NCBI GenBank assembly: GCA_025603075.1 | Contig: MU626458.1 | Span: forward strand, 1 to 35,472 | Length of the DNA: 35,472 bases | Reading direction: 5' to 3' | Source of the DNA: Neoconidiobolus thromboides FSU 785 | Lineage: Eukaryota > Fungi > Entomophthoromycota | Shown: in pieces, positions 1-11,463 of the stretch | Numbering within the stretch: the stretch's first letter is position 1 | Layout: each line of letters opens with the position of its first letter | The notes under the pieces: generated by a model | Database searches by the model: none | The model's input: the letters and a program-made list of their open reading frames with translations, nothing else | What the model was told of the DNA's origin: nothing | Program-made: the position numbers and the translations under genes

Positions 1-283
1 TAATATTAAAATAGTTTATTTATTTGATAACAAATCTACAATGTTGGTTATGAAGCGGTTGATAATAAACATTTCTCAATAAAGTTTTATAAGAACATGT
101 ATTTAGAGTCTAGTAGAAATTCAACTAACTTACAGTACAAACTATAATAGAATGATTCAGAACTATGTCCAGGTACTTTTGTTTTAACAAAAAAGCTGAT
201 TTTATAGAATTTTAAACAAGGTTTTTAAAATATCAAAACATTCAAAAATTGGATAAAATAATAAAACTAATTCAGACATCACC
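1..283 (+). mobile_element. Right end of Sola2-like DNA transposon (copy C; runs off the window start)
   Basis: Reverse complement of about 34984-35275 and similar to 12285-12545. Ends in ...AAAACTAATTCAGACATCACC (283), the degenerate right TIR (inward consensus GGGGTTGTCYGAATTRGTTT). Confidence 0.85.
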
Positions 284-621
284 ACTATTTACATAAAATG
301 TTATAAATAGTAGTTTGAATTCTTTTTGCTAAGGATTACAAAAAAATATAATTGATAGACATTTTGAAAAAAAGTTGTAATAGAAAAGTAGTTTTAAGCA
401 TTAGGTAAAATAAAAAATACTAACTATTTCAAAGTTCAAGATTTTTGTTTATAAAGACAATAATAAACAAAATGATATAACTTTAATTGTTATAAAATTT
501 GTAAAAAAGATCAACATCAGCTTATCTTGCAAAAAGAACAGAAAATTCAAAAGCTTCAATATTTACTAAGCAGCTGAGTAGTTTATTAAATGATAAAAAC
601 TAATTCTTAAATATCAATACT

Positions 622-719
622 GAGGGTGTATTTTCATGTTTAAGAATTTTACTAACAATTTTTCTGCTTAAATGGTGCTTAAAAATAGAAAAAGTAATGA
701 AACTAAAAAAAGCACCCCC
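622..719 (+). mobile_element. ~98-bp MITE, nested in transposon copy A
   Basis: GAGGGTGT...GCACCCCC termini with the internal consensus AAGAATTTTACTAACAA...CTTAAAAATAGAAAAAGTAATGAA. The TSD is not clean. Confidence 0.9.
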
Positions 720-720
720 A

Positions 721-753
721 TTGTTAGTAAAATTCTTAAAAAAATACATCCCC
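721..753 (-). mobile_element. Partial MITE arm (inverted) abutting the 622-719 copy
   Basis: TTGTTAGTAAAATTCTTAAAAAAATACATCCCC is the reverse complement of the MITE left arm. Confidence 0.8.
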
Positions 754-1182
754 TAATAATAAATATTTTTCAACAAAGTTTTATAAAAATATAAAAATAT
801 ATTCATATGCTATAACTTCGGTTAATATTAATAAAAGCCTTACTAATATAGTTAATTTCTATTAAATTTAGTAAAAATATTACTAATTTACAATATGAAC
901 TATAAAATAATTTAAAACTGCGTTGGGGGTACCTTTGCTTCTTAATAAAAAAAATTGTTTTTATAGAATTTTAAGCAAAGTTTTTAAAATTGGATAGAAA
1001 AATGAAACTAATTCAAATATCTCTATGGATTATTTTATATTTATTTCATTTTAAAATTTTAATATATATAACACTATAATAATTAAAGTACTTCTATGCT
1101 ATTAAACTTTCATTAACTTAATAAAATTCATACTTGTTAAAATAATATTTAAATTTTAAATTTTAGATTATTTAGTATAAAT

Positions 1183-1279
1183 GGGGATATATTTTTTTGT
1201 TTGAGAATTTTACTAACAAATTTTTCCACCTAAATAGCGCTTAAAAATGGAAAAAATAATGAAACCAAAAAACACCCCC
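1183..1279 (+). mobile_element. MITE copy
   Basis: GGGGATAT...ACACCCCC, flanked on both sides by AAAT (1179-1182 and 1280-1283). AGCGCT core intact. Confidence 0.95.
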
Positions 1280-1810
1280 AAATGCTTTTTAGTCCATATT
1301 AGTTTTCTAAGTTTTAAATATTGAATTTCATATACCTTTTTTTTGTTTTATTAATTACTTAAAAATAAATAAAAATCAGTTTTTGGTTTCAAAAAAACAG
1401 CTATTTATAATATTAAATTAATAAATATACCTAATCTACTAATGAACAAAATGTCTCTGGTATGTAATACTGATATTTATTTACTAATTAGTCAAATTAG
1501 ATCTGCCAAAAAGGAATGTCTAAATTGTGTTGTGAATTTTATAGCATGCCAAATATTTCGCGAAAAAGTTACTATTGTATCTTAATAATTTGTAATAAAG
1601 AATAGGTGTGATTTCATACACCCAGCTCAAATCTCATTTAGAAAAAATCTAGTAAATTGTAATAATTTGACGTTGAAACCAATCAAAAACGGTTAATTTA
1701 TTAAATTCTAAACAAATCGAGTAGTATCTTCGTTAAGAAAGTTTCTAGAAGCATAAATAGAAAAAATAGAAGCTTTGAATAATACTTTTATTAAATTAAT
1801 TATCAATATC

Positions 1811-2524
1811 ATGAAATTCCAACTTATATTGTGCTCTTTATTTTCCTTTACTTTAGCTCAGGATAGCGCCTCCGCTCCGGATAATGATGCATTAAATAAA
1901 GCCTTAGACTCACTTTGCTCTGCTGATAAAAGCTTCTCCATCCCAGCTTGCTCTTTACGCCATTATTGCACTAGCGACAAAAGTCTTTCTAGTTCTGATT
2001 ATTGCTCACCTGGTGCTTTATTCGCAAGTATCTGCTCATATGATAAGAAGACAGATTCTAATTGCAAAGATTACACTTCAAAGTGCGGTACATCTCAATT
2101 GGCTTCTACCAATTCCAAGTACTGTGCCAATCTTAAACCTATCCCCAATTACGTTTCAAGCAATGATGCTGCTGAAGCACTTTCTACTATTTGTGGTCAC
2201 CATGATATGCCTAGCTGTAGCGCTAAGTTTTGCCCATTAGATTCTCCACCAAAGAAAGGAGAAGTTTACTCGTGCGATCAATTAACACAACTCCGTACTA
2301 TTTGTTTAGATATGTCTACTATGGATGAATGTGCTGGATGGAACAAGATGTGTGACTCAACTAAAAAATTCGGACCGCTTTGCACAAATGTTAAGCTTCC
2401 TGAAAATAACGGCAGTACTGGTAGCTCTTCTAGCTCTGGTAAAGGATCAAGTAGTAGTGCTTTTAGAGCTCATGTTGGATACCTTGCTCTTGGTGCTTCT
2501 TGCTTGGGCTTTTTCAGTTCATAA
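1811..2524 (+). CDS. Secreted, probably GPI-anchored Cys/Met-rich protein resembling the ectodomain of long-form Ctr copper transporters
   Basis: ATG at 1811 (the ORF-track start at 1775 is TTG). Signal peptide MKFQLILCSLFSFTLA. Two Cys-rich repeats including ICGHHDMPSC and CLDMSTMDECAGWNKMC. Ser/Gly linker and hydrophobic C-terminus (HVGYLALGASCLGFFSS). No intron needed. Confidence 0.7.
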   Translation: MKFQLILCSLFSFTLAQDSASAPDNDALNKALDSLCSADKSFSIPACSLRHYCTSDKSLSSSDYCSPGALFASICSYDKKTDSNCKDYTSKCGTSQLASTNSKYCANLKPIPNYVSSNDAAEALSTICGHHDMPSCSAKFCPLDSPPKKGEVYSCDQLTQLRTICLDMSTMDECAGWNKMCDSTKKFGPLCTNVKLPENNGSTGSSSSSGKGSSSSAFRAHVGYLALGASCLGFFSS

Positions 2525-2672
2525 AAGCAAATCGAGCCATTAAATATAATAAAAATATTTTGAATATAAAGGATTTATATCTGTTTCAAGTTTATTTTTT
2601 AGTTTGTCAAAGCTATCAATTCAAATATTAAAATTTAAATTTAGATCGATTTTTTTTAATAATATTTGAAAA

Positions 2673-3894
2673 ATGCTTTTCAAAAAATTTGTCAGAAACT
2701 ATAACATTCTAAAACCGGTAACACTTAGAAATAAGGGTTTTAGTAGCGGAAATAAACTTCAAACAGGAGCCCAACCACTGATTTATACTGAAACAAGGAC
2801 TGTAGATAGTAGAAAGAAAAATGCTTTTTACTTAAAAGCTGGATTTTTGGCACTAGTGCCCGCTTTAACTTTATATTTAGGATGGTGGCAGGTACAGAGA
2901 TTAAAATGGAAGGAGAATTTAATCAACTTGATCCATGAACGATCAGAAGCTCCACCTATCTTATTAAACGACATGATTTTAACGTAAACTTTATTGACAT
3001 ATAGTATGTTGGTTAATTGTTTTTAGAGATTATGACATAGAAGATGCAGAGTTCTATAATGCTTTAGCTAAAGGGCATTTTGTTCACGATAAAGAGATAT
3101 TACTTGGACCTAGGACCTTTGATAATAAGTTAGGATATTACCTTATCACTCCATTTAAACTTGATAATGGGTAATTTTTAATAAATAACTTGGCTTTTTA
3201 ATAAACTTTTAGGCAAGTAATATTAGTCAAGCGCGGATGGATCTCAAGGGAAATGAAGGATCCTTCTCAAAGGCCTTCAAGTCATGTAAATTAATTTAAA
3301 ATTAAACGAATATTATTAAACGTTTGTATAGGATTATGAAGAATTGATTTTAAAGGGTCAAGTTAGAAATGGCGAGAAGGTAGCTTCTATTTTTACTTTT
3401 ACTACTTTTTTTATTGAATATGTTAAAAAGGGGAATCGTTTTACTCCTTCAAACATTCCAGAAAAAGGAGAGTGGTTTTATATTGATTTACAGCAAATGG
3501 CTAAATATACAGGGTCTCTACCATTTTTAATAGATGAACTAGCAGGTAAAATAATTGTAAGAGCCATTTATCAAAAGTATGGAACTTTATATGTTTGAAT
3601 ATAGATAACTCTCCGTATATCAATTCTAAGTTAATTGAGCAAGGAGTCCCAGTTCCAAGGTCAAAAGAGATTCATTTATCTAATAGCCATTTTCAATATG
3701 CTGTTACCTGGTAATGATTGAGTTTTATTATATTACTTTTAATTCAACAACTATGAATTTGTTTCTTATTAATATAAAATGATAGGTTGTCATTGTCGCT
3801 TATCACTACTATTATGACTGTTATGTTTATCCGTAGTGGAAGACCTCATCTGCCTAATAATAGAAACGCTATGATCAAAAAAGTTAATTTTTAA
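2673..3894 (+). CDS. SHY1: SURF1/Shy1 cytochrome c oxidase assembly factor (about 7 exons)
   Basis: Motifs LYLGWWQVQRLKWKENLI, GYYLITPF, ILVKRGWI, NRFTPSN..GEWFYIDLQQMA and HFQYAVTW are joined by GT-AG introns (e.g. 2984-3026, 3171-3212). Stop TAA at 3892-3894. Confidence 0.93.
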
Positions 3895-4016
3895 TCAATA
3901 TATGATTTTTAGTCAAAATAAAATTATTTTTATTTTATAAAGAATGTTTAAAAGATAACTAGGTGCTTTTACTGCTTTTAGATCAATGTTTTTATACTAA
4001 ATTGAAATAACTATAT

Positions 4017-4114
4017 GGGGATGTATTTTTGTATTCAAGATTTTTACTAACAATTTCTCCACTTAAATAGCGCTTAAAAGATGGAAAAAGTAATGAAGCC
4101 AAAAAAACACTCCC
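4017..4114 (+). mobile_element. MITE copy
   Basis: ATAT-GGGGATGT...ACACTCCC with AGCGCT core. Right flank is not a matching TSD. Confidence 0.93.
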
Positions 4115-4444
4115 CTCTTTAAGCTTGACTTTTATTTAGTTTAACTTTTGGAGGTAACCTAAGGTGATATAATAATCCACAAATGGTATCATATTACTTA
4201 TGCTATTTGGGAACATTCTAATTTTATACTGAATGACGACTTCATAACATTATATTTCAAACTGTTATTTATTTTAAGAATAAGCAAATTCAAATGCTAA
4301 AAAAAACTTGATCTTTGATTAGAATTATGGGAGATAATAGTTTAAAATATTAAATATAGAAAATTAGATTGATCACTTTCTATGGTTTAAGAATCCCAGA
4401 AATGACAATAAACGTATACATTATTAAAAATAAAATAAATGTGA

Positions 4445-5835
4445 TTATTCTCCTAATGATTGCAAGAACCTATTAAGAGGTTTACGATCAACTGTGTGAA
4501 TAAAAAAGCTTCCAGCATTGGCAGTCCACGAAACTGAGTCAGATCCGTAATCGTATTTTTTCACTCGCAAAATAGTTTCAGGCTCACCAGCGTTTCGGTT
4601 ATTAATTTTCAGCTCAAGGGGTGCAAAGTTTTTTAGTGAAATAATTTTACAGCCTTCCTTAAGTTTAAGGAATAATTCCATGATCTTTACATTTAATTCT
4701 GAATCAAACACATAGTTATTGACCAATAATACATCAACTTCGCTTAATTGTCTCAAAATATCTGGGTGAGTTAAAAAATCACCACGGTAAAATTTTATCC
4801 TTGGGATAGGCAAAAGATACATCTGCATTCGTGCTCTTAACTCAATTTGTTGATATTTGGCTAGTGCTGAAGGGATTTCCATAATCTCAATACCATGTGC
4901 TCTACACCCAGTCTGGCATGCCACTTGAAGCACTACATTTCCAATACCACTCCCCATATCAATAAAAAGGCTGTCTTTATTAATTCCGCTTAATTGAACA
5001 AATTCGTTGACTAGATTACTATTGATTTCCCCATACACTTGATTTGAAAAAGCTTCATAATTAGTTAAATTATGAGCATCTGGTGAAGCCACACGCGCAT
5101 AAGTCTGAAACAAAATATGCTCTAATATTTCATATTTAGGGAAATCTCTTTTTTTAAATCCGTTTCTTTCTCTCATTTCCCTTACTAAAGTATTAAACTC
5201 TTTGATACTATCGATGAAGCTTTCCCCATCTTTCCTGTTTTCCCCACGCCTAAGTTTCCGTAATATACCTAATTCTGAACATAGTATTTTTTCTTTATCC
5301 TCTTTGTTAATGGCCAACTTCCCTATAGTTTCTACTGTGCTTATTATATCTGATATAGAATTATATTCCTCCAAATCAGGCTCCAATCCTTTAGATCCTT
5401 GAGTATAAGCTCTCATTAAATAAAATCTATCAAAAATATTAGATTTTTTTAATAGTATAAAAAGTTGAATCACCTTTCTTTAAAATTCGGATTGGGGTAT
5501 TCAAGCGTTACTCTTAATCCTGGCTTATGAGTTGGGAAGACTAAAGTAAATTTTTAAATAAATAATAAAATAATTAAATCTATCTTACATGGTTTAAAAG
5601 TAACTCCAGTTATATCTTTTACTAGATCAACCGACTCAATAAACTTAGGCTCATTTGACATCTTTTGTACACTGTTGTTTAAAGACCCCATGCTAGATGG
5701 GCTAGATATCCTTAATCCGGAAGTTCTATCTATTAAAGCTTGACTTTTATTAGCGCTCTCATTAACTATCAAAAGTAAGTAAATATCATATTGTAGCTAC
5801 CAAAGCTTACTTAAATTTAAGGATTTCCGTTTCAT
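4445..5835 (-). CDS. DOT1: Histone H3K79 methyltransferase Dot1 (4 exons)
   Basis: YGEI..., FIDMGSGIGNVVLQVA, GIEIM, GDFL, LVNNYVF, GCKIISLKNF and DSVSWT motifs. Splicing gives MKRKSLNL/INESA...TFKP/FFPTHKPGLRVTLEYPNPNFKER/FYL. ATG at 5835. Confidence 0.93.
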
Positions 5836-6683
5836 TGTAGAGTTTTCTTCGCTAAACGGTTTATTGCTTATAGAAACTCTCATATTTTTAATACTCTATT
5901 AAGTTTATTCTATTTATAATAACTATAATAAAAAATAAAACTTTAAATCCATGGACTTGGAATATTTCCCATGCTTTATTTTATATGATTGGTTGTTTTT
6001 CTGCTCTCAGTGTATCTTAACCAACCAAAGATAAAGTATTCATCTCACTTAGCAACAATTTTAAAAACCCACTAAAAGTTAAATATAGCATTTGATCTTT
6101 AATTTAAAAATTCGAATCAAATTCACTTGTTGCATAATGTACTACAAAAATAAACTTACTATTAAACAAAAAGATTTACATAGTCATAATGGGGATCCAG
6201 GTTTGAGCTTTTTTCCAGTATTCTACATTTAAATCCTTACTTTTAAAAAAAAGTTTAGGAGGTAACTAATAATACTTGAAATTGCTTAGCTATAATGAAA
6301 TGAAAGTGTACTTAAAGCATTATTGATATATCCAAACAGTAGCTTGTATTTGTATCTTCGAGAAGCCAGTTTAGTTTCCTAGATGGCTTTTATATCAGAT
6401 TTTCTTAATAGTATTTAATGACATCTCAATAAACAAACGTTAGATATTAGTATAAAGTCATTATATGAAAATGTTACACTGATATACTATCTCAAGCAAT
6501 TGGTATAATTACTTTCAGTATACTTTAATAAGATCCTATGTTATATTTTTAAAGTGATTCATTTTGTTTTCTATTTTATTAAAATGAATTAACTTTGATT
6601 CAATAATTTTACAAAATTTAATCGATCTAAGAGATATTTTCTAAGTAAGGGCTATGAATAGAGATCAACTTTGATTTTTAAAT

Positions 6684-8478
6684 TTAACCTTGAGTTGAAA
6701 ACATAGCACCAGATGATTGGTTGACTAAAGCAATCTTTTGAATAGCATTAACCAAAGCAGCAGTACGATAATCGACATTCAAAGAGTTGGCAGTAGAAAG
6801 AGTCTCACGGCAAGCAACAATCATAGTATCTTCTAATCCAGAGTAAACAAGCTCATGTTCTTCAGCACCGTGAACAATGTGACGACGTTCGCTTTCACTA
6901 AGGTTACGACCTACTTCTTGTTCAACTAAAGCCAAAAGTTTAGCCTTACCTTGCTCTTCCCACATCTTGTTCATACGTCCAAAACGAACATGAGAAAGAT
7001 TCTTTAACCATTCAAAATAAGAAACACATACACCACCTGCATTAAGAAGAAGATCTGGTATAACAACAATACCACGTTCAGTTAAAATGTCATGGGCAGC
7101 TGGAGTTACTGGCCCATTGGCAGCTTCACCAACAATCTTAGCTTGGATTTTGTGAGCATTCTTGAGACCTATTTGGCGTTCAAGGGCAGCAGGGATCAAT
7201 ACATCACATTTGACTTCAAGAACAGAAAGAGGCTCATCTAAAATAGTACCAGAGGAATAACCACGGAAAGTACCAGTTTCTTTACGGTGAGCAAAGAGTG
7301 CTTCAATATCTAAGCCATTCTCATCATGAATAGCGCATTCATATTCACCAATTGCAACTACTTTAGCACCATTATCTTGGAAGAACTTGGCAGCCCAATA
7401 ACCTACATTACCAAAACCTTGGATGGCAACAGTTGTGCCTTCCATTTTACCAGAAAGTCCAGTCTTTTGTTGAATTTCTTTGAATTTAAGGAATTCACGG
7501 ACACCATAATAAACACCAAGTCCAGTAGCTTCGGTACGTCCGCGTACACCTCCTTGGGAGACTGGTTTTCCAGTAACGCATGCAGCAGCATTTACGTCAG
7601 TAGAATGAAGTTGACGGTAAGTATCTGAAGTTAAATAAGTATAAATAAATGAAAAGTAAAACTAAATTACCCATAATCCAAGCCATTTCACTAAAATTAA
7701 ATAAAAATCAATAAAATTATTATGAAAGATATTAAATAATTACCGAGCTCCAGTACCTACATCTGGGGCTGGAACATCGATACCAGGGCCAATAAAATTC
7801 TTTTGGCAAAGTTCAACAGTAAAACGACGTGTAATACGTTCTAATTGAGCTGGAGTCCATTCTTTAGGGTTGATTTGAATGCCACCTTTACCGCCACCAA
7901 ACGGTACATCAACAACAGCACATTTAAAAGTCATCTAAACATTATTAATCTACTTACAATGATGTATTATAAACTTACAAGAGTAGCAAGAGCTTCTACT
8001 TCTTGAAGATCAACTTCATCAGAGAAACGAATACCGCCTTTAACTGGTAAACGATGACGAGAGTGTTGTGCACGATAACCACGGATCATAACGTGTTTTT
8101 TGTCGTCGACCTATTTAAGTTAATGGTGCTTAGTAAATCTTAAGCCGAAAAAATAATTATTTACCTCAATTGGGAAAGTAACTGAAAGAACAGCATCGGT
8201 GCTTTTGATTTGGGATAAGGTTTTTGGAGCCACACCAGATACATTTGCAGCACGATCATAAAAATTTTCTACTGAGCCAAGGAAATCAGGCTCATGATCT
8301 TCACAAGCATTGGATACTGCAGGGGTAGAATAGGATTTGATATTGCGCAAAAGAGATGCGGACTTTAAACTGGAAGTAAAAATGATTAACTTCATGGTGA
8401 CAATGTTTAATATGAAGCTAAATTTATCAATTACCTTTGAGTTCTAAATAAGTTAGATAAAGATCTAGCCAAAACCAT
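6684..8478 (-). CDS. GDH: Mitochondrial glutamate dehydrogenase, animal (GLUD1)-type, multi-exon
   Basis: [75 protein letters not shown] and [28 protein letters not shown] motifs. Exon 1 (8478-8435) plus the start of exon 2 encode an Arg/Ser-rich presequence ([28 protein letters not shown]). A 20-bp microexon lies at 7671-7690. Confidence 0.95.
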
Positions 8479-8826
8479 TATGTAAATAAAACAGTTATAA
8501 AAAAAGCAATAAAATTTTGTATTTATTTGATCTTTAAAAAATATTGTTTTATCATTTTTATATTATTTTTTTGTACCACCATACTGTTGGCAAGGTTTCA
8601 TATAATTGTTCATAATTCTTTTGATTTGTTAAACGTGTATCCTTGACGAATAAAACCCTGATAAATGTAAAATTTGAAAATTAAATTTTCCCACCTTCTT
8701 AAAAATATATACTTTAATTGGCCAGGTGTAAAATAACTCATGATTTGTTGATTTACTGACAAAACATCTGATTATATTCTAATGAATTATTGGTAAATTG
8801 GCCAAATTAAGATCTGATAAATATAT

Positions 8827-8925
8827 GGGGATGTATTTTTGTGTTTAAGAATTTTACTAACAAATTTTCCACGCAAATAGCGCTTAAAAGATGGAAAAAG
8901 TGATAAAGCCAGAGAAAACACTCCC
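8827..8925 (+). mobile_element. MITE copy (reference-like)
   Basis: GGGGATGT...ACACTCCC, 99 bp, exact ATAT TSD at 8823-8826 and 8926-8929. Confidence 0.96.
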
Positions 8926-9195
8926 ATATATTAAAATTCAACCTTAAATTTCAAGCATCTATTAAGAAATTTATATTTGTTATTTCCATTGTTTAAATAT
9001 CTTTTGTAACTATTTTAGTATATTAAAAATATATGCTAGGTAAATATTTGATAAATTAATATTAGCTTATAAAATATATAAAATAAAATAAAATTTTAAT
9101 ACGTATATATAATTTTATATCTTTTATAATTAATTAAAATTGATCCAAAAAAATAAACTGTTTATTTTATAAACCAGATTTAGCTTTAAATAATA

Positions 9196-9430
9196 ATAAA
9201 ATACAAACTTTTATAATTAAGCTTTAAATAGAATTAAAAATTTTAATATAATAAAAAAAAAGTACATTATATAAACATTTTAATCTGCTCGTATTAATTT
9301 TAACTAATTATAATAATCTAAAATTTATAAAATTTTACGATAAAATAACAATATGAGTTTACTATTATTAATAGTAAACTTAACTAAGTGATATGCAAAA
9401 TTAGTGCTTTAAAGGAAACAGAAAAGCTAA
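9196..9430 (+). mobile_element. Highly AT-mutated fragment of the transposase 5' region (copy E)
   Basis: Aligns to about 10236-10490, e.g. aaaattagtgctttaaaggaaacagaaaa vs aaaattagtgctttgagggaaacaggaaa. The start ATG has become ATA. Confidence 0.8.
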
Positions 9431-10634
9431 TAAATACCACTTAGAGAATAAAAAAACGCCCTCGCATAATAGATATATTTAGTACACAATTAAGAAAAGT
9501 TGTTCAAAATAAAATAAATATGGTGCAAAACATTGTTTTATCGGCTCTATGATTGATTATAACATAACAGTCACTTAAGTTGTTGTGTTCTCGAGTTCAG
9601 GTACAATCAATCATAAGCTTTTGTTTTGATATTCATATTCGGAGTACAAAAGATATTTTAGCGCATGGTAGCTCAAGGCTTTTTAGTTGAATTATTCCCT
9701 GATATTTATACCTTTAATAAAGCCACTGACTCTTTCTGATAGTACTTTAGATAGATTTTACAATAGTATTGTCTATTCTATTTGTCTTACATAGTTCGTA
9801 GCCTATTATGTGTTATTCATAATTCAAGACTATTCTAGTTACACAAACTAAGACCTTTTGACCTATGACTAGTTAATCAAGTAAGAACTGGTTTTGACTC
9901 CAACCGCTGAGTACCAATTCCACAACAGTGGTAAAAAGCAGCAAAAACAGAAAAAAAAATTAAAAAAACCATATAGCAAAAAGTATATGGGGTTGTCCGA
10001 ATTGGTTTGAATTTACTCAGAAATTAATCCAAATTTTATTTTTAAATTTGTATCTTTAAGTGACGATTAAATCTAAAAAGCCTAAAATTAAATTTCTCTA
10101 TTTGAAACTTATTTTGATTGATTCCTTTTCTTAAATAGCTAATTTTCCTAATTATATGTTTTATGTTATTTGTGTTGGATATTTAATAGATACATAGTTA
10201 TCTGACTTTATTTTTTGTTGAAATAGAAATAAAAATAAAATGCAAACTTTCATAACTAAACTTCAAAATCGAATTTTTGAAAATTTCAATACAATAGGGA
10301 GGAGTACACAATATAAACATTGTAATTCATTTACGTCAATTTTAAGAGCTACTTATAACAACCCAAGGTTTATGGAATTTTATAATAAAACAAAATGAAG
10401 AAAAGATATATTATCAAAGTTTACTATCGATAATAATAAACTTAATCAAGCAATGTATAAAATTAGTGCTTTGAGGGAAACAGGAAACAAAAATCAGCAA
10501 GTAGCGTTATTATCAACTATAGTTTCAGTATATTCTTTTGATGAATATAAGAGTTTTGGGTTTAATATAAATAGAAATCAGTATAATTATTCAAAAACAA
10601 GTAATAATAATAAAATATCAACATTACAACATAT

Positions 10635-10660
10635 TGTTAAAAATACAAGAATACATCCCC
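10635..10660 (-). mobile_element. Truncated MITE arm inside the transposase
   Basis: TTGTTAAAAATACAAGAATACATCCCC followed by ATAT. Confidence 0.55.
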
Positions 10661-11364
10661 ATATAATATTTACTAAATGATTCAACTATTTCATCAAGAT
10701 TTAATAAAAAATAATGATAGTAAATATTCATCAGATAATACATATATTAAATAAAAGTAGAGGAACGGTTTGAAAGATAAAGCAGTAGCTAGGCCAATAT
10801 TTTTTAAATATATATCAAGTAATTTTTAAAAATGCAACAAGAAAAACAGATTTATATAACATATGTGCCAGTATACAGTTAGAAAAAAGTTATTCGAAAA
10901 TAAAATAAATACAGCAATAAAAAACAAAGCAGAGATAGAAGAAATTTTCAATGAAGAAAAAAAATTATACAAATTACATAAATTATGTGTTGATACTCAA
11001 AAAAACACATTTAATGAAACTATTAAAAAATTAAATAACAAAAGTTGTATAATAATTTTAGATTTTAAACAAAATATGGAAATAGGAACAAAAGACTAGA
11101 GATTCAATAAATCTAGATCATTATAATAAACAAGCTATATCAGTCAGTATTAGGCTTTGGTGTTTTACATCTAAAAGATGATAAAACAATAGGCAAAGTT
11201 TACTTTGATTATTCATCTGAAATATTGAATCATGATTCAGCATATGCAGGAGATTGTTTAATCGATTTGATCTCTACAGAGCTTTTATTTAAGAAGTTTA
11301 GAAAAATCAATATATGCGAAGATACAAGAAATCATTTTAGATCTCAAGAGTTCCTACATTATAT

Positions 11365-11463
11365 GGGGATGTTTTTTTCAGCTTCAACATTTTTTCCATC
11401 TTTTAAGCGCTATTTGAGTGGAAAAATTGCTAGTAAAATTATTAAATACAAAAATACATCCCC
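11365..11463 (-). mobile_element. MITE inserted in the transposase catalytic domain
   Basis: ATAT TSD at 11361-11364 and 11464-11467. Removing the MITE plus one TSD restores the frame ...QEFLHY-IFKQIHK... Confidence 0.97.

Larger units (their letters stand above)
287..1024 (+). mobile_element. Decayed 3' half of Sola2-like transposon (copy A): transposase 3' part, internally deleted 3' region, degenerate right TIR
   Basis: About 295-620 aligns to 11490-11990 (e.g. ttgctaaggattacaaaaaaatataattgatagacattttgaa vs ttgctgagcatcatggaaaaagtatagttgatggacattttgga). 755-1024 aligns to the 3' region of copies B and D and ends AATGAAACTAATTCAAATATCTCT. Confidence 0.8.

Noticed and set aside
2013-7628. 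Short ORFs 2013-2240, 2325-2543, 5202-5402, 7326-7628 and 7403-7591
   Set aside because: They are alternative-frame or antisense shadows of well-supported genes.
8120-8395. ORF-track start MKLIIFTSS for GDH
   Set aside because: That ATG lies inside intron 1 (8434-8370). The spliced ATG at 8478 gives a better mitochondrial presequence.
9500-9960. Slightly GC-richer stretch that might be a decayed gene
   Set aside because: All frames are interrupted and no recognisable motif was found by eye; would need BLASTX.
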